From positions 344,133-408,132 of the forward strand of contig JASGJI010000017.1 in NCBI GenBank assembly GCA_049840815.1: a stretch of 64,000 nt of DNA, read 5' to 3'. Shown here one piece after another: positions 11,968-22,101 of the stretch. Within the stretch, counting starts at the first letter, position 1. Each line of letters opens with the position of its first letter. The notes under the pieces were generated by a model. That model worked only from the letters and a program-made list of their open reading frames with translations. It was not told where the DNA came from and did not search any database. Origin of the DNA: Thermomicrobiales bacterium (lineage in GTDB: Bacteria > Chloroflexota > Chloroflexia > Thermomicrobiales > UBA6265). The position numbers and the translations under genes were made by a program.

Positions 11968-13050
11968 ATGGCTGCGATTGCTTCCGAACCAGTCATGACC
12001 GTCAAGGAGACGGAGGCTCCCCGAACCAGCATGCTCCGGCGGATTGGGTCGAGTTTCCTGCTCCGGCGCATCTTCCGGGCCGCGCTCACCATCTACTTTG
12101 TCATGACGCTCATCTTCTTCCTGGTGCGCCTGATGCCGGGTGATCCGGTTCAGGTCTACATCAACCAGCAGATGACACAGTACGGGTACGACTACGAGAC
12201 GGCCCGGAACATGGCGCAATCGCTCTTCTCGATCGACGCCAGCAAGCCCATTTACGTGCAGTACCTCGACTACATGAAGAACCTGCTTCAGGGCAACCTG
12301 GGCATGTCCATCAGTTCTCCGGGCACGCCCGTCACGGAAATCATTGCCTCACGTATCTGGTGGACGATCTTCAGCGTCGGGACCGCGCTGCTCATCTCCT
12401 TCACGCTGGGCATCGTGCTCGGCATGTTCATGGCGTACAAGCGCAATTCGTGGATCGATAGTTCGCTTTCCGCGTTCGCCTCGATTACCCACTCGGTCCC
12501 GAACTATCTCATTGCCCTCCTCATCATCACGATCTTCGGCGTCTGGCTGGAGTGGATTCCCTTCGTGCAGATGCGCGGTTCGGTCTCCAGTGGCGTCAAG
12601 ACGGGCTTCACCTGGGAGTTCATCTCCGACGCGTTCTACCACGCCTTCTTACCCATCTTCGTCTACGTCCTGACCACCGTCGGCGGCTGGATGCTCACGA
12701 TGAAGAGCAGCACGGTCGCGGCGCTGGAGGAGGACTTCGTGACGGCGGCGCGGGCGCGCGGCGTGCCGGAATGGCGGGTGGCCATGTTCTACGTCGGCCG
12801 CAACGCCATCCTCCCGCTCTTTACCTCGCTGGTGATCTCGATCGGGTTCGTCATGGGCGGGTCACTGCTCATGGAGCCGATCTTCCAGTACAAGGGCATC
12901 GGCCAGATGCTCTTCCAGTCGATCCAGAAGCGCGACTATCCCGTGCTGCAGGGCATCTTCCTGGTAATCACGATCTCGGTGGTGGTGGCGAATCTGCTCG
13001 CTGACCTTCTCTACAGCCGCGTCGATCCGCGCATTCGGGCGAAGGGGTAG
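11968..13050 (+). CDS. ABC transporter permease (peptide/nickel, DppB/OppB-like)
   Basis: Typical N-terminus LLRRIFRAALTIYFVMTLIFFLVRLMPGDP and multiple TM segments. The start could be a downstream ATG (MLRRIG). Confidence 0.85.
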   Translation: MAAIASEPVMTVKETEAPRTSMLRRIGSSFLLRRIFRAALTIYFVMTLIFFLVRLMPGDPVQVYINQQMTQYGYDYETARNMAQSLFSIDASKPIYVQYLDYMKNLLQGNLGMSISSPGTPVTEIIASRIWWTIFSVGTALLISFTLGIVLGMFMAYKRNSWIDSSLSAFASITHSVPNYLIALLIITIFGVWLEWIPFVQMRGSVSSGVKTGFTWEFISDAFYHAFLPIFVYVLTTVGGWMLTMKSSTVAALEEDFVTAARARGVPEWRVAMFYVGRNAILPLFTSLVISIGFVMGGSLLMEPIFQYKGIGQMLFQSIQKRDYPVLQGIFLVITISVVVANLLADLLYSRVDPRIRAKG

Positions 13051-13052
13051 TC

Positions 13053-13973
13053 ATGGTCCAGGGAACGGTTGACATCCAGGAGCTTTCGAGCCGTCCTACG
13101 GATGTGGAAGCGATCATCACCGCGAAGAAGCATGGCCTCATTCGCACGTTCATTCGGCGCAACAAGGTCGGGGCGCTGGGGTTCGCCATCTTCTTCGGCA
13201 TTCTCATCCTTGCCTTCATCGGCCCGTTCTTCATGCCGGGCAAGAACCCGACCGTGGTCGCGAACATCTACGCCACGCCCAGCTGGGATCACCCGCTCGG
13301 CGGCGACTACATGGGCAAGGACGTCTGGTACCAGATCGTGCATGGCGGTCGCACATTGCTGATCGTGTCCGGTCTCGCGGCGCTGATCTCCACCTTCATC
13401 GGCGTCGTGCTTGGCGCGATCTCCGCGATGTTCGGCGGCAAGACCGACGCCACGCTGCTGATGCTCTCCGACATCGTGATGACGGTGCCGACCATCGTCC
13501 TGCTGGCGGTGCTGGCGGCCTATGTCCGGCTGGACAATCCGCTGCTGCTCGCCCTGGTCCTGTCCGTCACGGCGTGGCCGGCCCTGCTCCGCGCCGTGCG
13601 TGCGCAGGTGCTGACCCTGAAGGAACGCGAATACGTGGAAGCGGCCCGGATGCTGGATCTGGGCACCGGGCACATCCTCTTCCGCGAAGTCATCCCGAAC
13701 ATGATGAGCTACATCGTCATCAACTTCGTGTTTGCGATGACCGGTGCCATCTATGGCCAGGTGATCCTCTTCTTCCTCGGCCTGGTGCCGCTGGCCGGCG
13801 AGAACTGGGGGCTGATGATCAATCAGGCCTATACCAAGGGCGCGATCTTCTTCAAGGACAGCCTGCTCTACATCCTGTCCCCGATCTTCATGATCTCCCT
13901 GTTGCAGCTCTCGCTGGTGATGATCTCCAACGCGATGGAGGATGTCTTCAACCCGCGCCTCCGCGAGGAGTAG
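13053..13973 (+). CDS. ABC transporter permease (DppC/OppC-like)
   Basis: The N-terminal segment PLGGDYMGKDVWYQIVHGGR is typical of OppC/DppC. The gene starts 2 nt after the previous stop. Confidence 0.85.
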   Translation: MVQGTVDIQELSSRPTDVEAIITAKKHGLIRTFIRRNKVGALGFAIFFGILILAFIGPFFMPGKNPTVVANIYATPSWDHPLGGDYMGKDVWYQIVHGGRTLLIVSGLAALISTFIGVVLGAISAMFGGKTDATLLMLSDIVMTVPTIVLLAVLAAYVRLDNPLLLALVLSVTAWPALLRAVRAQVLTLKEREYVEAARMLDLGTGHILFREVIPNMMSYIVINFVFAMTGAIYGQVILFFLGLVPLAGENWGLMINQAYTKGAIFFKDSLLYILSPIFMISLLQLSLVMISNAMEDVFNPRLREE

Positions 13974-14046
13974 TGGGTGCGACTGTACGCCGTAGGACAC
14001 GCGGCCTTCGGGATTCGATCGTTTGTTGCAAGACCGAGGACTTTTC

Positions 14047-15180
14047 ATGGCGACACGAGCCACATCCACCGCACTGACCGGACGGGCAATGGACGCGGAG
14101 GCCGTGGCGGCCCGCAACGCGGTGCGCGGCACGGCGGAATCGACCGCGCCGGTCATCCTCTCCGTCCGTGACTTCAGCGTGGAGTACCGCACCAGCAATG
14201 GCTACATGCGGGCGGTGCGAAATGTGAACTTCGATATCCGCGCTGGCGAGGCCATCGCGCTGATCGGCGAGAGCGGCTCCGGCAAGTCCACGCTGGGGTT
14301 CGCCATCCTGCGCATGCTCGTTCGCGGCGCGCGCATTGCCTCGGGGTCGGCCATCTATCGCAAGCTCGACGGCACCGAGGTCGATCTCGTTCAGCTGAGC
14401 GACAAGGACTTCCGCAAGATCCGCTGGAGCGAGATCGCGATGGTCTTCCAGGCTGCGCAGAACTCGCTGAATCCCGTGATGCGGATCAAGGACACCTTCT
14501 ACGAGACCGCGCGCTCGCATGGCCTGACCGACAAGAACGTCGTCCGCGAGCGCACGCTCGACCTGCTGCGCAAGGTGCAGCTGGACCCGGAACGTGTCTA
14601 CAACGCCTTCCCGTTCGAGCTTTCCGGTGGCATGCGCCAGCGCGTCTCTATCGCGCTCAGCCTCCTGCTGGAGCCGCAACTGATCATCCTCGACGAGCCG
14701 ACCACCGCGCTCGACATCCTCACCCAGCGCGCGATCATCGACGTGGTGAAGGCCCTGCGCGACCAGCTCGACTTCACCATGATCTTCATCAGCCACGACC
14801 TCTCGCTGGCCGCTGAACTTGCCGACCGCGTGTCGACCATGTATGCCGGGGAGATCGTGGAATACGGCCCGGTGCGCGATGTCTTCTACACGCCGAAGCA
14901 TCCGTATTCCGTCGGACTGCTGAACGCCGTGCCGCCGATCGTGGGCGAGGAGTTCACCCCGCTCACCGCGATTCCGGGATCGACACCGAACCTGCACAAG
15001 ATTCCATCTGGCTGTGCGTTCCACCCGCGCTGCCCGTACGCCACCGAGATCTGTGTGACGCAGAGCCCTCCGCTGGCCGATCTGGGGGGCACCCATTGGG
15101 CTGCCTGCCACCATTCCGACATGGTCAGCAAGGATCCTGCGGTGTGGGAGGCGATGGAGGTCGCCGAAGTCGCGGGCTGA
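14047..15180 (+). CDS. ABC transporter ATP-binding protein (DppD/OppD-like)
   Basis: Walker A GESGSGKST, signature LSGGMRQR, Walker B LIILDEPTTALD, and the oligopeptide C-terminal motif GCAFHPRCPYA. Confidence 0.85.
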   Translation: MATRATSTALTGRAMDAEAVAARNAVRGTAESTAPVILSVRDFSVEYRTSNGYMRAVRNVNFDIRAGEAIALIGESGSGKSTLGFAILRMLVRGARIASGSAIYRKLDGTEVDLVQLSDKDFRKIRWSEIAMVFQAAQNSLNPVMRIKDTFYETARSHGLTDKNVVRERTLDLLRKVQLDPERVYNAFPFELSGGMRQRVSIALSLLLEPQLIILDEPTTALDILTQRAIIDVVKALRDQLDFTMIFISHDLSLAAELADRVSTMYAGEIVEYGPVRDVFYTPKHPYSVGLLNAVPPIVGEEFTPLTAIPGSTPNLHKIPSGCAFHPRCPYATEICVTQSPPLADLGGTHWAACHHSDMVSKDPAVWEAMEVAEVAG

Positions 15181-15237
15181 TCCGTTCGATAGCCCCGCTC
15201 CCGTCGCCCTCTCTATGTTTGGAAAGGACCCCCGCGC

Positions 15238-16290
15238 ATGGCAGGCACCGCGCCGTTGATGGAACTCGATCACCTCGTCCGGACGTTCACCACTCGCCAG
15301 GGCGAGATCACGGCGGTGGACGATGTTTCGCTGACGCTCAATGCCGGCGACATCCTCTGCCTGGTGGGTGAGAGCGGCTCCGGCAAGACGACGGTGGCCC
15401 GCATGGCCGCCGGCCTGCTCCCGCCCTCTTCCGGCAGCGTCCGGTTCGAGGGCAAGGACCTCTCCCAGATGTCCAAGGCGGAGTTCAAGGAATACCGCAA
15501 GGCGGTCCAGATCATCCATCAGGACCCGTATGCCTCCTTGAACCCGGTTCACACCATCGGCGATACCCTGCGGGCGCCGCTGCTGCACCACAAGCTGGTC
15601 AGCGGGCAGAAGGAAGCCACGACGCGCGCGGCCGAGTTGCTGGAACTGGTCGACCTGCGGCCCACGGAGAACTTCATCAACAAGTTTCCGCACCAGCTGT
15701 CCGGTGGTCAGCGCCAGCGCGTCTCCGTGGCGCGGGCTATGGCGCTGAATCCGCGTCTCATCATCGCGGACGAATCCGTGTCGATGGTCGATGTCTCGAT
15801 TCGCGTTTCGCTGCTGAACACCATGTTGAAGCTGCGAAATGAACTGGGCGTCACCTTCCTCTTCATCACGCACGACCTGGCGGTGGTGAAGTATTTCGCC
15901 TGGGAGGGCAATGTCGGCGTGATGTACGTCGGCAAGATGGTGGAGCATGGGCGCACTCCGCAGATCATCGGGCGCTCCATGCATCCCTACACAAGGGCGC
16001 TGGCCGCCGCCATTCCGGAGGCCGATCCCGACCTGACGCGATCGAAGGAGAAGCTCCAGCTCCGGAGCCTCGATATCCCGAACCTCGCCAACCTGCCCAG
16101 TGGCTGTGTCTTCAATCCGCGTTGCCCATACTGGGAGCCAGGGCTGTGCGACACGATCTCGCCGGCCCTCACGCCGGTGGGGAATCGCGAGGTCGCCTGT
16201 CATCTGGTGGTGCGGGATGTCGAAGCGGGCGGAAACGGGCTTGGACTGGTTCCCACCGCCCTCCGCGACGCCAAGGCCGTTGCCGACTGA
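15238..16290 (+). CDS. ABC transporter ATP-binding protein (DppF/OppF-like)
   Basis: Walker A GESGSGKTT, signature LSGGQRQR, and C-terminal GCVFNPRCPY. Confidence 0.85.
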   Translation: MAGTAPLMELDHLVRTFTTRQGEITAVDDVSLTLNAGDILCLVGESGSGKTTVARMAAGLLPPSSGSVRFEGKDLSQMSKAEFKEYRKAVQIIHQDPYASLNPVHTIGDTLRAPLLHHKLVSGQKEATTRAAELLELVDLRPTENFINKFPHQLSGGQRQRVSVARAMALNPRLIIADESVSMVDVSIRVSLLNTMLKLRNELGVTFLFITHDLAVVKYFAWEGNVGVMYVGKMVEHGRTPQIIGRSMHPYTRALAAAIPEADPDLTRSKEKLQLRSLDIPNLANLPSGCVFNPRCPYWEPGLCDTISPALTPVGNREVACHLVVRDVEAGGNGLGLVPTALRDAKAVAD

Positions 16291-16295
16291 TCCAC

Positions 16296-16357
16296 GGACC
16301 AACCGTGTCGCCGGGGTGGGTGGATGCCTGCCGGCCCCTCGGCGACACGGTTGGTCC
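16296..16357 (+). terminator. strong intra-operon hairpin (18-bp perfect stem) downstream of the second ATPase gene
   Basis: ggaccaaccgtgtcgccg (16296-16313) pairs perfectly with cggcgacacggttggtcc (16340-16357). No U-tract follows. Confidence 0.45.
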
Positions 16358-16666
16358 CCTCGGACACTGGATCGTGTGCGCGAAGACTGGCAGAATGAAC
16401 GCGCAGTCGCGATACATAGCCGGGCACTCCGTTGAACGGGTGCTCGCCGGACACCGGAAAGGAGGAGCCTCGTGTCAGCCAGGACGGCGAGTGACGCTCC
16501 TGGAGTCCGTTCTTCACCGTGAAGCGCACGGCGTCGATGCGCGACGTGAGGGAACATGCCAGAATCGACCGATTCCGGTCGCTGGTTCGGGTATTGTTCC
16601 TGGGGGCTTTCGATCGGAGCAGATCCAGCGATTGGCGTCTGGATCGCAGCTACACAGGAGTACACG

Positions 16667-18661
16667 ATGTCGGACATTGTCTCCAAGACTTCGTCGCTCA
16701 AGGATCAGCTGGCGAAGCGCTCGCTGTCCCGCCGCCGGTTTGCCGGTGTGGGCGCGAGTGCTGTCGCGGCAGCCATGCTCACTGGCGGCGCGTTGCCGCT
16801 GGGCGCTGGGCGTGTGGTGATGGCCCAGGATGGTGGCAAGGAGTTCCACGCCGCCTATCCGTACGACGAGCCGCCCACCGGTCACTTCAATTCCTTCGCC
16901 TCCACGGGCAACATCCTGCAGGGCGCCACCACGGTCTATGGTGATCTCATCATCGAGCCGCTGGCGATGTTCTACTGGGAGTCGCAGACGTGGGAGCCGC
17001 TGCTGGCCACCGACTGGGCCTTCATCAAGGCCGGTTCGGGCGCCGCTTCTCCGGCTGCCAGCCCGGTCGCCGAGGCGAGCCCGGTTGCGGCCGCCAAGCT
17101 GACCGCTGTCGATGCTGCCTGGTTCGATGGCACGTCCGCGCTGGCCGGCAAGGCCGCCGTGAATGCCCCGGCTGATGCCGATACCTTTGTGGTCAAGCTG
17201 CGCGAGGGCGTGGTCTGGGATGACGACACCCCATTCACCGCGAAGGACGTGGTCGACACGTTCTGGTGTCTGCGGGTGATGTCGAACGTCGTCTGGCAGT
17301 TCATCTCCGACGCCTACGCGATCGACGACAACACGGTCGCCTTCCCGATGGCGGTCCCGGCCACGGTGGTCGAGCGCTACGTGGTCCGCGCCTCCAACCC
17401 GCGCCCGTCGGCCATCTTCGCGGATTGGGCGCAGAAGTCGCGCGATCTCTTCGCCAGCGGCAAGTCGATTGCCGATGACGAGGGCAAGCAGCTTCTCGAC
17501 GAGTTCAACCAGTTCCGCCCGGACAAGGTCATCGCCAGCGGCCCGTTCACGATCGACATCCCGTCGATCACCGGTGCCCAGATGAACCTGGTCAAGAACC
17601 CGAAGGCGTGGAACGCCGACAAGGTGGCGTTCGACAAGATCGTCAACTTCAACGGCGAGACCGACACCATCACCGCTGTCGTGCTGGCGAAGGAAGTCGA
17701 CTACGCGACGCACGGCTTCGCGCCGGCGTCCGAGAAGCAGATGGTCGCGGAAGGCATCCGCATCCTGCGTCCGCCCGTGTATGGCGGTGCCGCGTTCTAC
17801 ATGAACTTCGGCAAGCTCGGTGAGGCGTTCGGCGACAAGCGCGTCCGCCAGGGCCTTGCCCAGGCGATCGACCGTGCCCAGAGCGGCGCTGTCTCGCTGG
17901 GTGAGTCCGGCGTGGCCGTCGTGGACATGGCCGGCTTCTCCGACAACAACGTGCCGAACTGGCTCTCCCAGGAGGCCATTGACGGACTCAACAAGTACGA
18001 GCTCGACCAGGATGCCGCGTCTGCGCTCCTGCAGGAGGCCGGCTGGACGAAGGACGGCGACTCCTGGAAGACGCCGGACGGCAACGCCGCGGCCTTCGAG
18101 CTGACCTTCCCGGCCGAGTACGCGGACTACTCCGCCACCGGCGCCGACCTCGCCGATCAGCTGACCAACTTCGGCATCCAGGCGACGCCGCGTGCCGTCA
18201 CCTACACCCAGGTGTATGTGGACTGGGACAAGGGCAACTTCGATTGCGGTATCGGCGGTTGGGGATCGTCCAACAACCCGCACCCGCACTTCTCGTTCGT
18301 GGTGCCGTTCTTCACCCGCAACTACCCGATCGCCCAGAACAACGGTGGCCGGGGCATCGACTTCCCGCTGGAGCAGGAGACCGATGTCGCGGGCAAGGTG
18401 AACATCGAGGAACTGGTGGTGAACTCTGCCCGCGGTCTCGATGTGGAGAAGCAGAAGACTCAGGTGACGACGATCGCCCAGGTCTTCAACGAACTCCTGC
18501 CGTGCATCCCCCTCTACGAGCGCTATGGCAATAACGCCGGCCTCGAGGGTGTTCGCGTTGTGGCGTGGCCGGCGGACGACGATCCGATGCTGAAGCAGGC
18601 GCCGTACGCCGATGGCATCCCGACCCTGCTCATGTTCACGGGCAAGATCGCAGCCGTCTAG
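16667..18661 (+). CDS. ABC transporter substrate-binding protein, family 5 (peptide/nickel), Tat-type signal
   Basis: The ATG lies 6 nt after AGGAG. Twin-arginine signal SRRRFAGVGASAVAAAML. Family-5 SBP body, longer than usual at 664 aa. Confidence 0.85.
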   Translation: MSDIVSKTSSLKDQLAKRSLSRRRFAGVGASAVAAAMLTGGALPLGAGRVVMAQDGGKEFHAAYPYDEPPTGHFNSFASTGNILQGATTVYGDLIIEPLAMFYWESQTWEPLLATDWAFIKAGSGAASPAASPVAEASPVAAAKLTAVDAAWFDGTSALAGKAAVNAPADADTFVVKLREGVVWDDDTPFTAKDVVDTFWCLRVMSNVVWQFISDAYAIDDNTVAFPMAVPATVVERYVVRASNPRPSAIFADWAQKSRDLFASGKSIADDEGKQLLDEFNQFRPDKVIASGPFTIDIPSITGAQMNLVKNPKAWNADKVAFDKIVNFNGETDTITAVVLAKEVDYATHGFAPASEKQMVAEGIRILRPPVYGGAAFYMNFGKLGEAFGDKRVRQGLAQAIDRAQSGAVSLGESGVAVVDMAGFSDNNVPNWLSQEAIDGLNKYELDQDAASALLQEAGWTKDGDSWKTPDGNAAAFELTFPAEYADYSATGADLADQLTNFGIQATPRAVTYTQVYVDWDKGNFDCGIGGWGSSNNPHPHFSFVVPFFTRNYPIAQNNGGRGIDFPLEQETDVAGKVNIEELVVNSARGLDVEKQKTQVTTIAQVFNELLPCIPLYERYGNNAGLEGVRVVAWPADDDPMLKQAPYADGIPTLLMFTGKIAAV

Positions 18662-18705
18662 CACGGTCTCGCATCCCATCCGTTGGCCGGGTTCTCCGGC
18701 CCGCA

Positions 18706-18737
18706 CACCCCTCCCGGCATTCGTGCCGGGAGGGGTG
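18706..18737 (+). terminator. stem-loop terminator after the SBP gene
   Basis: cacccctcccggca-ttcg-tgccgggaggggtg forms a perfect 14-bp stem. No clear U-tract. Confidence 0.55.
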
Positions 18738-19168
18738 TCGCGTATTCGGGAGTGGTCGGCACGGCATCTGTGCGCGCGGCCCGAAAATCCCCCGCTGGTG
18801 CGTACGCGGCACCCAAGCCGCAACGGGAAAAACATACGAACTGCATGCAAATGATGCCGGATGGGGACATAACATTGTACAGGTGGGCAGTTCCTGGCGC
18901 TGGACGACCTGTCCATGCCGATGGGACCCATTGCACAAGTGTAATTTGGTCATTATGAACAATATCATGGACAAGATCCTGTCACTCTGCATGATGCGAA
19001 GGTTGGTGCGCTACCCGTACCCTTCCCGGTAGCGTTTCGTATGGATCGAAAGCACAGTTGTGAAGATCCACACGAATGGCCGAGGCTCCGCAAGGGAACC
19101 CGGCGCGACCATGTTGGCTGCCAACAGCCTCGTTGGCAGCAGGCGAGACGTTTGAGGAGACACCAGAC

Positions 19169-20539
19169 GTGTACGACAACGAGACGATCCTCGGGACCCC
19201 GCCGGCACCGGAAGAGATTTACGCCAAGATCGAGGAAGAGGGCGTCAAGTTCATCAACCTCCAGTTCACGGACGTGATGGGCATCGTCAAGAGCGTCACG
19301 ATCCCTGCGTCCATCTTCCCGGAGATTGTCGAGCGCGGCCAGTGGATCGACGGCTCCTCGATCGCCGGCTTCACCCGCATCGCCGAGTCCGACATGTTCC
19401 TCATGCCGGACCTCTCGACCTTCACGGTCATCCCCTGGGAGCGCGGCGAGTTCACCACCGCCCGCGTCATCTGCTGGGTGCACAACCCGAACGGCGATCC
19501 GTTCCCCGGCGACCCGCGTGGCGTGCTCTATCGCCAGCTCGAGAAGCTCGCCGAGTTGGGCTTCACCTACAATGTTGGACCGGAGCTGGAGTTCTTCCTC
19601 TTCTCCAAGTCCGGCGATGACATCGCCCCTCTCCCGCACGACCGCGGTGGGTACTTCGACCTCTCCACGGACCTCGCGTCCACGGTCCGCAAGGACATGG
19701 TGGTGGCGTTGACCGAGATGGGAATGGACATCGAGGCCAGCCATCATGAGGTCGCCATCGGCCAGCACGAGATCGACTTCCAGTACGGCCCGGCCGTTCC
19801 GACTGCCGACCGCGCCGTCTCCTTCAAGTACATCCTGAAGGCAATTGCCCAGAAGCACGGCCTGCATGCCACGTTCATGCCGAAGCCGCTCGAAGGCATC
19901 AACGGCTCCGGTATGCACGTCCACCAGAGCTTCGGGTTCATCGACAAGAGCAAGGGCAAGAACGCCTTCGTCGATGAGAGCGATCCGTACGGCCTCTCCG
20001 AGATCGCCAAGTACTTCATCGCTGGTCAGCTGAAGCATGCCCGCGGCCTCGCTGCGGTTATCGCGCCGCTGGTCAACAGCTATCGCCGCCTGGTTCCCGG
20101 CTTCGAGGCTCCGGTCTACGTCGCATGGGCCCGCACGAACCGCTCGGCGCTCATCCGCGTGCCGGCGATCCGCGCTGGCAACGTGAACGCGACTCGCATC
20201 GAGCTCCGCTGCCCGGACCCGTCCTCTAACCCGTACCTCGTCTTCTCGGCGATGCTGGCGGCAGGAATGGATGGCATCATCAACAAGATCGAACTGCCGG
20301 ACCCGGTGGAGGAGAACCTCTACCACTTCACGGACGAGGACCTCAAGCGCCGCAACATCCCGACCCTGCCGGCTACGCTCGGCGAGGCGGTGGAGGAGCT
20401 GAAGAAGGACGAGGTCGTGGCCGCTGCGCTCGGCGATCACGTCTTCGAGAAGCTCGTCGAGGCGCAGTCCAGCGAGTGGAATGCCTTCCGCCAGCACGTC
20501 TCCCAGTGGGAGCGCGATCGCTACCTCGAGATCTACTAG
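19169..20539 (+). CDS. glnA: glutamine synthetase, type I
   Basis: FINLQFTDVMGIVKSVTIP, ELEFFLF and NGSGMHVHQS are GS-I hallmarks. An in-frame GTG at 19169 follows GAGGAGA by 8 nt; the ORF-track start (19076) would add an atypical extension. Confidence 0.9.
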   Translation: MYDNETILGTPPAPEEIYAKIEEEGVKFINLQFTDVMGIVKSVTIPASIFPEIVERGQWIDGSSIAGFTRIAESDMFLMPDLSTFTVIPWERGEFTTARVICWVHNPNGDPFPGDPRGVLYRQLEKLAELGFTYNVGPELEFFLFSKSGDDIAPLPHDRGGYFDLSTDLASTVRKDMVVALTEMGMDIEASHHEVAIGQHEIDFQYGPAVPTADRAVSFKYILKAIAQKHGLHATFMPKPLEGINGSGMHVHQSFGFIDKSKGKNAFVDESDPYGLSEIAKYFIAGQLKHARGLAAVIAPLVNSYRRLVPGFEAPVYVAWARTNRSALIRVPAIRAGNVNATRIELRCPDPSSNPYLVFSAMLAAGMDGIINKIELPDPVEENLYHFTDEDLKRRNIPTLPATLGEAVEELKKDEVVAAALGDHVFEKLVEAQSSEWNAFRQHVSQWERDRYLEIY

Positions 20540-20618
20540 GATCCGTTGGGCGGCCCGGTTCGTCAGCGCGCGAGCCGGGTTGCCACGAGGGCGATCCCCT
20601 CGGACGGTGCCCTGTTCG

Positions 20619-20654
20619 CATAGCCCCCGGTGGACACGTCCGCCGGGGGCTATG
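20619..20654. terminator. hairpin between the convergent glnA and enolase-superfamily genes
   Basis: catagcccccgg (20619-20630) and ccgggggctatg (20643-20654) form a perfect 12-bp stem. Confidence 0.55.
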
Positions 20655-20725
20655 CCGCGCGCGCCGATGATGGCCGCTACGCCGAGTCGCATCCTGTCAG
20701 GGCGACGATCTCCTTGGTCGAGGCG

Positions 20726-21922
20726 TTACGCGAAGAAGTCGCGGTCCGCTTCCGTCAGGTAGGGCAGCGTCTTCTCGATGTTGAACTCCACGCCCATGCC
20801 CGGCCGGTCCCAAACCGCGATTGTGCCGTTCTCCACGATCGGGTCCGGCAAACCGTCGACGATCTCCGACCACCATTCGGTGTGGGCGCTCGGATACTCG
20901 AACGCCACGTAGTTATCCGGCAGCGTCGCGCAGACCTGCACCAGCGCCGCCAGGCCCAGCAATCCATTCCCGGTGCCATGCGGGGCGATCAGGATGCCAT
21001 GCAAGTCGGCGTACTCCGCGACCCACTTCAGTTCCGCGATGCCGCCGATATCGCACGGGTCCGGTCCAATCACGTTCACCGCATGCCCTTCGATCAGCGT
21101 CTTGAAGTTCTGGCGCAGGTAGATCTGCTCGCCGGTGTGGATAGGGATGCTCGTCGCGCGGGTGAGCTCGCGGTAGACATCGGCGTTCACGAACGGGCTG
21201 TAGTCGCCGGTCAGCATGTCCTCCAGCCAGACGAGGTTCAGCCGCTCCATCTCCCGCGCGAAGCGGATTGCGTCCGGCAGCACCCAGCCCGGTCCGCAGT
21301 CCAGCGCCAGCCCGACGCGATCGCCCAAGACCTCCTTCATCGCCTCCGCGCAGGCCACGACGTGCTTGAACCCCTTCTCCGTCATCAGCCCACGGTTCGG
21401 ATAGCCGTGAAAGGCCTTCTCGTCCGGCGTATGGACGTAGAAGTCCGGGACGTCGTAGATCATCGGCGTGTGGAAGGCGATCGCCTGCTTCACGATCGTG
21501 AAGCCTTCCTCGCAATCCGCCATGTAGCGGACGGCTTCGGCGTAGTCCTCCGGATTCTGGCCGGTCATCGGCGCCCGGCGCGATCCGTTGTAGGTGCGCA
21601 CGCGGTCGCGGACCTTGCCGCCAAGCAGCTTGTAGACGGGTACGCCGGCGGCCTTCCCCGCGACATCCCACAGCGCCATTTCGACCGCGGAGACGGCGGC
21701 ACCCCAGGGCTTGAATCCGCCACGTGAGCGGATGCGGCGCATCACGCGTTCGACATCGGTGGGGTCCTGCCCGATCAGGCCCGGTTTCAGCATCATCACG
21801 ATCGGGGCCCAGGTGGGCTTGTAGTGCTCGATTTCGCCGTAGCCGCTGATGCCTTCATCCGTCACGATGCGCACGATGGGATGGTCGCCGATCACCGCGC
21901 ACTTGAGGTCCGTGATCTTCAC
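20726..21922 (-). CDS. enolase superfamily enzyme (mandelate racemase/muconate lactonizing family, acid-sugar dehydratase-like)
   Basis: VKITDLKCAVIG...ISGYGE N-terminal capping domain, VEMALWDVAGKAAGVPVYKLLGG and LVWLEDM. GTG start at 21922 lies 8 nt after AGGAG. Confidence 0.8.
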   Translation of the reverse strand: MKITDLKCAVIGDHPIVRIVTDEGISGYGEIEHYKPTWAPIVMMLKPGLIGQDPTDVERVMRRIRSRGGFKPWGAAVSAVEMALWDVAGKAAGVPVYKLLGGKVRDRVRTYNGSRRAPMTGQNPEDYAEAVRYMADCEEGFTIVKQAIAFHTPMIYDVPDFYVHTPDEKAFHGYPNRGLMTEKGFKHVVACAEAMKEVLGDRVGLALDCGPGWVLPDAIRFAREMERLNLVWLEDMLTGDYSPFVNADVYRELTRATSIPIHTGEQIYLRQNFKTLIEGHAVNVIGPDPCDIGGIAELKWVAEYADLHGILIAPHGTGNGLLGLAALVQVCATLPDNYVAFEYPSAHTEWWSEIVDGLPDPIVENGTIAVWDRPGMGVEFNIEKTLPYLTEADRDFFA

Positions 21923-22101
21923 GCCTGCACGCTCCTGCGATTGCCTGCGTCCGCTCCTTCCGCACTGAGCGGCAGGCGGACGAGTGTTGCGTTGGCTGGT
22001 GGCCGAATGGTGGCGGCAGGGTATCCTGCGTGCATGGTGTTGTCCAGTAGACGTGGATGTGGACCTGGGCAGCGGCCCGGGATGCGGAGGCACGACAGGG
22101 T

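Noticed and set aside
13948-16701. 917-aa minus-strand ORF
   Set aside because: It is antisense to the well-supported ABC ATPase genes. The translation is Arg/Gly/Asp/His-rich with no motifs, a typical high-GC shadow ORF.
18980-19168. Possible glutamine (glnA-motif) riboswitch upstream of glnA
   Set aside because: I could not find the conserved glnA-motif core or pseudoknot. Only a generic hairpin is present.
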